64,000 bases of DNA from Bacilli bacterium (GTDB lineage Bacteria; Bacillota_I; Bacilli_A; RFN20; UBA1709): contig JBMNFL010000001.1 in NCBI GenBank assembly GCA_050949315.1, forward strand, positions 512,001 through 576,000. Reading direction: 5' to 3'. Position 1 is the stretch's first letter. Each line of letters starts with the position of its first letter. Below, one piece after another: positions 56,311 to 64,000 of the stretch. Made by a program: the position numbers and the translations under genes. The notes beneath the pieces were generated by a model that had not been told where the DNA came from, did not search any database, and saw only the letters and a program-made list of their open reading frames with translations.

Positions 56311-57630
56311 CTAACGGCGGAAGCGACCGCCAAACATCGAAGACATCTGTTTCATTTGAACTTTGGTGTTTTCATATTGTCTTAACACATTATTGACATC
56401 AACAACCTGCAGGCCACAGCCCTTAGCAATCCTTACTTTACGGCTAGCCTTTAAAATATCTGGGTTTCTTCTTTCCTGAACGGTCATTGACTGGATAACG
56501 ACCCGAGTTTTCTTTAAACGCGCTTCGGCTTTCTCCGAATCACTTTCGGAGATTTTAGGCATCCCAGGTATGAGTTTTGCTAAAACACCAAGGGGTCCCA
56601 TCTTTCTAGTTGATTCAATCTGCATCAACATGTCTTCTAAATCAAACTTGCCCGAAAGCATGCGATGCATGAGTTTAGTCGCTTGTTTTTCATCAATAGC
56701 CTCCTGGGCCTTCTCAACCAGTTCCACGACATCACCCATACCCAGAATACGCGAGGCCATCCGCTCGGGATTAAAGGCTTTAATATCTCTAATCTTTTCG
56801 CCAACACCAATATATTTGATACGAATCCCCGCGATAGAGGAAATCGATAAGGCCGCGCCACCTCTGGCATCACTATCAAGTTTGGTCATCAAAGCCCCAG
56901 TTAGACCTAATTCATCATTAAAAGTTCTGGCGACATTAACCGCATCTTGACCGCTAAGAGCATCAACGATGATAAGAATCTCAAAAGGATTAAGGGCCTT
57001 TTTAAGATCTTTTAATTCCTGCATTAAAACTTCATCGATAGCCAAACGACCTGCCGTATCAATTAAAACACAGTCATAGTGATTATATTTAGCATATTCA
57101 ACCGCATCTTTAGCAATTTTAACGACATCTTGTGTTGAACGATCTTGATAAACAAAAACATTGATTTGTTTTCCTAGTTGAACTAGTTGATCAATAGCCG
57201 CGGGCCGATAGACGTCACAGGCTACCATCATTGGATTACGACCTTCTTTAGCCTTCAAAGCATTGGCAAGTTTAGCCGCCATAGTGGTCTTACCACCACC
57301 CTGTAAGCCCACCAGCATTATAACTGTCGGTCCTTGCTTAGCAAAGTTTAATTTGCTCTCTTCGCCACCTAGTAAATCTCTAATTTCATCGTTGACAATC
57401 TTGACTACCATTTGACCAGGATTGATTTTACCAATCACTTCCCGACCAATCATCTTTTCTTTAACTTGACTTAAGAAATTTTTAACTACCTCATTATTAA
57501 CGTCAGCATCAATTAAAGCGATGCGAATTTCTTTTAGCATCTCTTCCATGTTGCTTTCACTTAAACGGGCTTGACCTCTTAGTCTTTTAACAATCTTTTG
57601 GAGCCGTTCACTCAGCATCTCAAAAGCCAT
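56311..57630 (-). CDS. ffh: Signal recognition particle protein
   Basis: GLQGGGKTT, DTAGR, TKLD and Met-rich M domain. Confidence 0.97.
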   Translation of the reverse strand: MAFEMLSERLQKIVKRLRGQARLSESNMEEMLKEIRIALIDADVNNEVVKNFLSQVKEKMIGREVIGKINPGQMVVKIVNDEIRDLLGGEESKLNFAKQGPTVIMLVGLQGGGKTTMAAKLANALKAKEGRNPMMVACDVYRPAAIDQLVQLGKQINVFVYQDRSTQDVVKIAKDAVEYAKYNHYDCVLIDTAGRLAIDEVLMQELKDLKKALNPFEILIIVDALSGQDAVNVARTFNDELGLTGALMTKLDSDARGGAALSISSIAGIRIKYIGVGEKIRDIKAFNPERMASRILGMGDVVELVEKAQEAIDEKQATKLMHRMLSGKFDLEDMLMQIESTRKMGPLGVLAKLIPGMPKISESDSEKAEARLKKTRVVIQSMTVQERRNPDILKASRKVRIAKGCGLQVVDVNNVLRQYENTKVQMKQMSSMFGGRFRR

Positions 57631-57632
57631 AT

Positions 57633-57947
57633 CTATCTCTCCTCTTCTAGCAAGTTTATAATTTCTTCCTTAAGCTTCTCGCTTAAGTCAGCTTTATCTA
57701 ATAATTTATTAAGTTTTTCCTTCTTTTCTAATAACTGCAATTTACTCTCATAAAACTCTAACTTATTTACCACTCTTTTTAGTAAAGAAAAAACCGCAGC
57801 CCGGGAAATCTTAAGATTTTCAGCAATCTCGGCTAAGGAGAGATTATCCTGATAATAATCTTCAATAATCCCCTGCTGATGCTTGGTTAGTAAAACACCA
57901 TATAAATCATATAAGCAATTGATACGTTCTGTTTCTCTAATATCCAT
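57633..57947 (-). CDS. ylxM: SRP-associated DNA-binding protein YlxM
   Basis: LYDLYG.LLT, YY.DNLSL.EIAE...ISR motifs; directly upstream of ffh. Confidence 0.92.
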   Translation of the reverse strand: MDIRETERINCLYDLYGVLLTKHQQGIIEDYYQDNLSLAEIAENLKISRAAVFSLLKRVVNKLEFYESKLQLLEKKEKLNKLLDKADLSEKLKEEIINLLEEER

Positions 57948-57955
57948 ATTAACCT

Positions 57956-58216
57956 CTAAAAAAGTAAGTTGACTAAGAAGAAAACGACGAAGAAAATGGC
58001 CACCATCTTATGAAAATAAGGGTCTTTCACCGCTGTCTTCCTAAAAGGTGCGGGATAATTTAAGAAGGCAAAAAAGACGGCCATCACAAAGGCGATGACA
58101 AGAATAGCAAAAATCCCCGATACCCCTAACAAAGCCAAAACATAAGCTAGAACATATTGCAAAACCATTATGATTAACAGGGTCACAAGAAAGCGGACCA
58201 AATTTACTCTCATCAT
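57956..58216 (-). CDS. Small hypothetical membrane protein (3 TM)
   Basis: Hydrophobic 86-aa ORF tightly packed between ftsY and ylxM. Confidence 0.7.
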   Translation of the reverse strand: MMRVNLVRFLVTLLIIMVLQYVLAYVLALLGVSGIFAILVIAFVMAVFFAFLNYPAPFRKTAVKDPYFHKMVAIFFVVFFLVNLLF

Positions 58217-58218
58217 AC

Positions 58219-59196
58219 TTACTCCTTTTCTACCCCAACTAAAGCATTGAGGTATTGCAACAAATCAAATTCTTCTAAATCATCTAATTTTTCACCTAAG
58301 CCGATATAACGAACCGGAATCCCCAGTTGATCGCGAATGGCTAGAATAATGCCACCCTTACTTGTCCCATCCATCTTCGTTAGAATAATACCGGTAATTC
58401 CTGTGGTCTCGGCAAAGGCTTTGGCTTGATAAACACCATTCTGACCAGTGGTCGCATCAATAACTAAAAAGATTTCCTGTGGTCCTTTGGGAACCACTTT
58501 TTTAATAACTCTAATCATTTTAGCAGCTTCATTCATAAGATTGGTCTTAGTCTGTAAACGACCGGCGGTATCACAGATAACCACATCATAGCCTTCTTCT
58601 ACCGCCTTTTTAACCCCATCATAAATAACCGATGATGGATCAGCATTAACTTCACCACTATGCAGCTTAACACCTACTCGAGAAGCCCAAACTGCCAATT
58701 GCTCAACCGCTCCCGCCCTAAAGGTGTCGCCAGCAACCCATAAAATCTTATGGCCTTCTTTTTGAAGTTTATAACTCAGTTTAGCGATACTAGTAGTCTT
58801 GCCAGAGCCATTGACCCCCATCATGACAATAACAGTTGGTCCTTGTTCGGCAAAATTAATTTTGGTTTCTAAATCTAAATCCCGAGAATAAGCGATAAAC
58901 ATCTTATCCACCAGAATCTCCATAATCAAACTAGGATCATTAATCTTTCTTAACCGTGCTTCACTTTTGACTTCTTCGACAATTTCTAAAGCTAAACTAG
59001 CCCCAACATCAGCCTTAATCAAAAGTTCTTCTAAAGATTCAAAATACTCCTCATCAACCTTTCGATAACGCGAAAGAAGGGCGTTTATACGTCCTTTAAA
59101 GGTGTTCCTTGATTTATCAAGAGCCTGAACATATTTTTCATTCTGTTCAACTTTAGTACCTAATAATTTTTCTTTAATTTTAGAAAATATACCCAT
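58219..59196 (-). CDS. ftsY: SRP receptor FtsY
   Basis: GVNGSGKTT, DTFRAGA, DTAGRLQ and TKMDGTSKGG motifs. Confidence 0.97.
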   Translation of the reverse strand: MGIFSKIKEKLLGTKVEQNEKYVQALDKSRNTFKGRINALLSRYRKVDEEYFESLEELLIKADVGASLALEIVEEVKSEARLRKINDPSLIMEILVDKMFIAYSRDLDLETKINFAEQGPTVIVMMGVNGSGKTTSIAKLSYKLQKEGHKILWVAGDTFRAGAVEQLAVWASRVGVKLHSGEVNADPSSVIYDGVKKAVEEGYDVVICDTAGRLQTKTNLMNEAAKMIRVIKKVVPKGPQEIFLVIDATTGQNGVYQAKAFAETTGITGIILTKMDGTSKGGIILAIRDQLGIPVRYIGLGEKLDDLEEFDLLQYLNALVGVEKE

Positions 59197-59204
59197 AGCA
59201 ACAC

Positions 59205-59903
59205 CTAATCCTTAGCCATCTTGCTTAGGGCATCTTTAGCCGCCGCTTGTTCAGCGGTTTTCTTACTTAAGCCATGGCCATGTCCTAAAACCACATCATC
59301 TAATAAAACCTCAACATCAAATTCCGGCTGATTTGATGGGCCGGTTGTTGACACTGTCCGATAAGTGATACTCCGTTTCTTATCCGCCTGCACCAATTCT
59401 TGAAGTTTAGTTTTCGGATCTTTTAAATCCAAAAAGTTTTCCATACCTTCTTCATTGATAAAATCGGAAAAAAGATGTAGAAGAATCTCCTCTGTTTTAT
59501 CTAAACCTAAATCAAGATAACAAGCCGCCATCAAAGCCTCAAAAACATCCGAGAGTAAAGAAGCGCGTTTATGTCCTTGATTTTTAGCCTCTCCTTGACC
59601 TAAGCGAATATAACTACCTAGATTTATCTCTTTAGCAATACTTGCTAGCGTTTCCATTCTCACTAAATTCGCCCTTAAAGGAGAAAGGTCTCCTTCGTTC
59701 ATTGCTGGATATTTAAAGTAAATATAACGAGTGATAATCAACTGAATAACAGCATCACCCATAAATTCTAGACGCTGATAATTCTCAACATGCCTACGCG
59801 CCTCATTGACATAGGAAGGATGCGTTAAAGCTTGGCTGTATAAGCGGGTATTTTTAGTTTGAACACCTAATTTAGCCAATAATTCTTTTAAGGGTCTAGC
59901 CAT
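59205..59903 (-). CDS. rnc: Ribonuclease III
   Basis: ALTHPS, NYQRLEFMGDAV, DVFEA; C-terminal dsRBD. Confidence 0.97.
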   Translation of the reverse strand: MARPLKELLAKLGVQTKNTRLYSQALTHPSYVNEARRHVENYQRLEFMGDAVIQLIITRYIYFKYPAMNEGDLSPLRANLVRMETLASIAKEINLGSYIRLGQGEAKNQGHKRASLLSDVFEALMAACYLDLGLDKTEEILLHLFSDFINEEGMENFLDLKDPKTKLQELVQADKKRSITYRTVSTTGPSNQPEFDVEVLLDDVVLGHGHGLSKKTAEQAAAKDALSKMAKD

Positions 59904-60873
59904 TCTTCATCGCCTCCCCTATCTGTTCAACCACTTGTCCTTTAATAAGTTCATAAGTTAAGCGTATAGCATGGTAAAAAGTAAGCGCATCACTATTACC
60001 ATGAGCTTTTACGGCTACGCCGTTAACACCGACTAAAAGGCCACCACCATATTGTTTATAATCTAACTTTTCAGCAAAACCCGCTAAGGCCGAACGCGTA
60101 AGTAAATAACCCATCTTCGTCTTTTTGCTCTTCATAAAAGCCTCTTTAAGCAATCTTTTAACTAAGGAAAGAGAACCTTCTAAAGTTTTTAATAAAATAT
60201 TGCCGGCATAGCCATCACAAACTATAACATCGGCCTTTCCACTTAAAACATCGCGGGCCTCTAAATTGCCACAGAAATTGAGTTTCTCTTCTTTCTTTAG
60301 GATTTGATAAGCCTCTTTTCCTACAGGTGAGCCCTTATTTTCTTCGCTACCATTGGATAAAAGATAGACCTTTGGATTTGGACGTTGCCATATTTTTTCA
60401 GCAAAAACATTGCCCATCTTGGCAAATTGGACTAAATGTTCAGGTGTGTTTTCATTATTTGCCCCTAAATCTAAAACTACGACACCCTTACCATCCTCAG
60501 TAGGAAAAGGCGACATATAAGCCCCGCGAACAATCCCAGGTATCATTTTTAATTTTATTGTCGCCCCAGTTAAAAAAGCCGCCGTGCTGCCAGCCGTACA
60601 AATACCAGCACAAGTTTTATTAACTACTAAATCTAATGCTTTTAACATTGAACTTTCTTTTCGTCTTAATACTTCTAAAGCGCCATCTTCCATTCCCATT
60701 ACATCTTTGGCATCAATGATGGTTGCGACACTGGAAATTTCTTCTAGTTCACTGGCCTTACCGACCACATACAATTCAACATCTTTGTAAGTTGCTTGGA
60801 ATTTTTTCACTGCCTCAACTACCATCGCGCTACCGGCATCACTGCCCATAGCATCAATTGCTATCTTGATCAT
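59896..60873 (-). CDS. plsX: Phosphate acyltransferase PlsX
   Basis: IAIDAMGSD, LDLGAN, DGYAGN and KAHGNS motifs. Confidence 0.96.
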   Translation of the reverse strand: MIKIAIDAMGSDAGSAMVVEAVKKFQATYKDVELYVVGKASELEEISSVATIIDAKDVMGMEDGALEVLRRKESSMLKALDLVVNKTCAGICTAGSTAAFLTGATIKLKMIPGIVRGAYMSPFPTEDGKGVVVLDLGANNENTPEHLVQFAKMGNVFAEKIWQRPNPKVYLLSNGSEENKGSPVGKEAYQILKKEEKLNFCGNLEARDVLSGKADVIVCDGYAGNILLKTLEGSLSLVKRLLKEAFMKSKKTKMGYLLTRSALAGFAEKLDYKQYGGGLLVGVNGVAVKAHGNSDALTFYHAIRLTYELIKGQVVEQIGEAMKNG

Positions 60874-60909
60874 TTATATCCCCCCTTATCATTCTAAACT
60901 TAACATAAA

Positions 60910-62901
60910 TCAAAGCTTTTTACTACTACAATAAGCAATGATTTGCTTATTTTCTGGTAAACTTGCCTCCTTGAGAATTAATTTCGCATCATCACGAGCG
61001 ATTTCTAAAATCCTTAAATCTTCATGGATATCAGCTAAAACTAGATCAGGAATCCCGCTCTGTCTAGTTCCAACCACATCTCCCGGTCCTCGGTTGGCTA
61101 AATCAAAACGAGCGATTTCAAAACCATCGTCGTGATCAACTAAATAATTTAAACGCTTAAGCGCTTGTTCATCTGCACTGCTGCAAAGCAAATAACAACT
61201 GGCCTTTTGGCCAGCTCGGCCTATCCTTCCACGCAATTGGTGTAAGGCGGCTAGCCCAAAACTTTGAGCATCATAAATTATCATCATTGAAGCCTCTTTA
61301 ACATCAATCCCCACTTCAATCACCGTGGTTGCTACTAAAACACCCAGCTCGCCTCTTTGAAAGGCCAGCATTGTCTTTTCTTTTTCACTATCCCCCATCT
61401 TGCCATGAACAAGACCGAGTCTGACACGATCCTTAAAATATTTAGTAAGGCCCTCATAAACATCATTGACATTCCGACGACTGCTATCTTCATCTTCAAT
61501 CAATGGGCAGACGATAAAGACGCGTTCATTTCTACTAACCCTTTCTTCAATCTCCCCTAGTAGAGTTTTAATGGAGTTACCTTTTAAAACCTTAGTTACT
61601 ACGTCCCGCTTCCGATTAGGAAAAGAATGCAGCGTTGAAATATCCATATCTCCATACAAGGTGATAGCTAGACTTCTAGGAATAGGGGTGGCCGACATCA
61701 TTAGTAGTTCAACATCTTGACCTTTATCTTTTAAAAGTTGTCTTTGCTTAACTCCAAAGCGATGTTGCTCATCAATGACCGCAAGACCTAGTTTTTGATA
61801 ACTGACTCCTTCTTGAATTAAGGCGTGAGTTCCTACCACAATATCAATCTCACCACTGCTGATTTTGGCTAAAACCTCTCTTTTTTCCTTGGCCGTAAGC
61901 GAAGCCACAAGCAGGGCAATGCTTATAGGATAATCCTTTAAAAACTCACTTAAAAACTTGTAATGTTGACGGGCTAAAATATCCGTTGGAGCCATTAAAA
62001 CACCTTGATAGCCTGCGCTATAATTAGCTACTAGGCCTAGGCTTGCTACTAGTGTTTTTCCTGAGCCAACATCTCCTTGTAACATACGATACATAAGCCC
62101 GGGTTTTTCTAAGTCTGTAACAATCTCTTCAAGGGCGAATTTCTGATCATCTGTTAAGATAAAGCCACTACCATCAATCACCCGAGAAACAAGCTTATTA
62201 TCCACCGACTTTGAAGAAGAAAAAGTACCGGCTTTTTGGGATGATTTTAGTATTTGCAATTTTAGAGAATACACCAGTAGTTCTTCGTATTTTAAATACC
62301 TTAAAGCCTGCTTTAAACTCTCTTCATCATTAGAAAAATGAATGTCATTATAGGCCTTCAAACGAGAACCTAAACGATACTTTTCTTTGAACTTAGAAGG
62401 GATAATTTCTTCTAGTTTTCCCTCTTTAAGAAGTGCTTGAAAACAGAGGTTTAATAGCAACTGAAATTCATAATTTGTAATGCCTTCTGGCAAGCGATAA
62501 ATGGCTTTGATTTTAAGCTTATCTAAGTCTTTAGTTTGTAATTCTATTAGGTTTATTTCCTTACGATAATGGTTGTATTTACCAACCACTAAAACCTCGT
62601 CCCCATACTTAATTGTCTTTTCTAAATAATCGCGATTAAAACAAATGATATCATATTCATTCTCATCATAAATAAGAGTGAATTTAAATAGACTTTTATT
62701 ACGCCCAAAACGCACAACTCTTTCTTTGCGCTTAACTTCTCCTTTGATGACCACCTTTAAATCATGTTGTTCTTTTCCTAGTGGTGTTAGATTATAACGA
62801 TTGTAAGTACGCGGAAAATAGGAAACAACATCAAAGGGATTTTCAAGTTCTAATTCTTTTAAATAAGCCTGTCGCTTAGGCGTTAACTTAAAGGGAAACA
62901 T
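60910..62901 (-). CDS. recG: ATP-dependent DNA helicase RecG
   Basis: QGDVGSGKT, DEQHRFG, SATPIPR and LHQLRGRIGR motifs. Confidence 0.97.
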   Translation of the reverse strand: MFPFKLTPKRQAYLKELELENPFDVVSYFPRTYNRYNLTPLGKEQHDLKVVIKGEVKRKERVVRFGRNKSLFKFTLIYDENEYDIICFNRDYLEKTIKYGDEVLVVGKYNHYRKEINLIELQTKDLDKLKIKAIYRLPEGITNYEFQLLLNLCFQALLKEGKLEEIIPSKFKEKYRLGSRLKAYNDIHFSNDEESLKQALRYLKYEELLVYSLKLQILKSSQKAGTFSSSKSVDNKLVSRVIDGSGFILTDDQKFALEEIVTDLEKPGLMYRMLQGDVGSGKTLVASLGLVANYSAGYQGVLMAPTDILARQHYKFLSEFLKDYPISIALLVASLTAKEKREVLAKISSGEIDIVVGTHALIQEGVSYQKLGLAVIDEQHRFGVKQRQLLKDKGQDVELLMMSATPIPRSLAITLYGDMDISTLHSFPNRKRDVVTKVLKGNSIKTLLGEIEERVSRNERVFIVCPLIEDEDSSRRNVNDVYEGLTKYFKDRVRLGLVHGKMGDSEKEKTMLAFQRGELGVLVATTVIEVGIDVKEASMMIIYDAQSFGLAALHQLRGRIGRAGQKASCYLLCSSADEQALKRLNYLVDHDDGFEIARFDLANRGPGDVVGTRQSGIPDLVLADIHEDLRILEIARDDAKLILKEASLPENKQIIAYCSSKKL

Positions 62902-62913
62902 ACTCTCTCCTTA

Positions 62914-62939
62914 ACAAAAAAGGGCGCTGGCCCTTTCTT
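62914..62939 (-). terminator. Terminator after fakA
   Basis: AAAGGGC-N4-GCCCTTT hairpin followed by T-run on minus strand. Confidence 0.65.
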
Positions 62940-64000
62940 TTATTCAACACCGACAAAGTAGGCATAAACAGGTTGACCACCATTATGTATTTCGACCTCA
63001 ATGGAGTATTTTTCATTAATAAAACTAGCAACCGCTTTCGCCTCTTCTTCACTGACACCCTCACCATAAATCAAGGTGACAATTGAAGAATCTTCATCTA
63101 TCATCTTTTTTAATAGTTCTTTAACACTGGTATTCTTGTTCTTATTGCAGTTGACAATATGACCTTCATAAATACCCATAAACTCATCTTTTTTAATATT
63201 GACCCCATCAATCCTAGTATCCTTGATGGAGAAAGTCACTTGACCACTCTTAATGGTGGTTATAGCTTCGCGCATCGCTTCTTCGTTCGCACTAAAATCC
63301 ACTTCAGGATTAAACACCATACAGGCAATAATACCCTGAGTTATGGTTTTAGAAGGAATAACGCGGCATTCACAGTCTTCCGCTAGATCCCGTGCTTGCT
63401 CAACGGCCATAATAACGTTTTTATTATTGGGCAAGAGGAAAACACGTTTGGCATGAACTTTTTTGATAGCCTCAACAAAATCCTCCGTTGAAGGGTTCAT
63501 GGTTTGACCACCACTAACAATATAATTTACATGTAAATTTTTAAACAAGGCCTTTAGTCCCTCGCCAACGGCGGTGGCAATAATGGCGTATTCCGCCCAT
63601 TCCTTATTTTCTTCGGGCTCTTTGACAACCTCTTCAACCTTAACGCCTTCTCTGATGTTTTCAACCCTAATTAGAGTGAATTCACCATAAGTTTGGGCTA
63701 AGTTTAAAGTGACTCCTGGTTTTTTAGCATTGACATGAACTTCTAGTTCATCATCCTTTTGATTAATATTCAAAGCTTCCCCAATACCTTCTAAGACCTT
63801 ACGGAAACGCAAAGGATCGAATTTTTTCTTCCCAGGATCAAGTTTTAAAGTAAAATCAATACTATAGAAATACTCGGCTGTACTGGTGGGTATTTCTTTA
63901 GCAACGCTTATTTCCTCGGCCGTATGGGCAATGGTAACTTGTTTTCTTTCAATAAGTTCTCCCTTAAGCCCTGCTAACATACCTTCAATAATTCTAACTA
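62940..64000 (-). CDS. fakA: DAK2-domain fatty acid kinase subunit A (YloV-like), 5'-truncated by window
   Basis: GGQTMNPSTED, LPNNKN and GGQPVY..GVE motifs; upstream of recG-plsX. Confidence 0.9.
   Translation of the reverse strand, partial: VRIIEGMLAGLKGELIERKQVTIAHTAEEISVAKEIPTSTAEYFYSIDFTLKLDPGKKKFDPLRFRKVLEGIGEALNINQKDDELEVHVNAKKPGVTLNLAQTYGEFTLIRVENIREGVKVEEVVKEPEENKEWAEYAIIATAVGEGLKALFKNLHVNYIVSGGQTMNPSTEDFVEAIKKVHAKRVFLLPNNKNVIMAVEQARDLAEDCECRVIPSKTITQGIIACMVFNPEVDFSANEEAMREAITTIKSGQVTFSIKDTRIDGVNIKKDEFMGIYEGHIVNCNKNKNTSVKELLKKMIDEDSSIVTLIYGEGVSEEEAKAVASFINEKYSIEVEIHNGGQPVYAYFVGVE

Noticed and set aside
3080-63386. Numerous short plus-strand and nested ORFs in the ORF track
   Set aside because: They overlap well-supported minus-strand genes and lack SD sequences and recognisable motifs; only 18652-18855 is retained.

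Overview
Chromosomal window from a low-GC Firmicute (Bacilli; genetic code 11 because TGA is used as stop; gene content resembles uncultured mollicute-related Bacilli). Almost all genes are on the minus strand. From the right end leftwards, the window opens with a conserved housekeeping backbone: fakA(partial)-recG-plsX-rnc-ftsY-ylxM-ffh-rpsP-khpA-rimM-trmD-rplS-lepB ... rbgA-rnhB-dprA-topA-trmFO-xerC. A flavodoxin/ASCH/RhuM-Doc insert interrupts it between lepB and rbgA. Next come hsp20 with two CIRCE boxes, a DUF1538/P-II module, the GGGtGRT/NifU-like pair, a feoAB/metal-transport cluster and tRNA-His. An AT-rich block follows, with five tandem 7-TM paralogs, a pstSCAB-phoU-phoP-phoR operon and an HTH-Fic gene. 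Further left are DUF2779, a thioesterase, RDD genes, tRNA-Lys and an NrnA-CysQ fusion, then an ABC importer operon with two binding lipoproteins, a thermonuclease lipoprotein and a multi-OB-fold lipoprotein, and finally the start of rpsL. The two best candidates for undescribed systems are (1) the mosaic array of membrane paralogs with hypervariable outer loops, one of which has lost its ATG, and (2) the surface nucleic-acid capture/degradation/import operon. All calls come from manual motif reading; no database searches were run.
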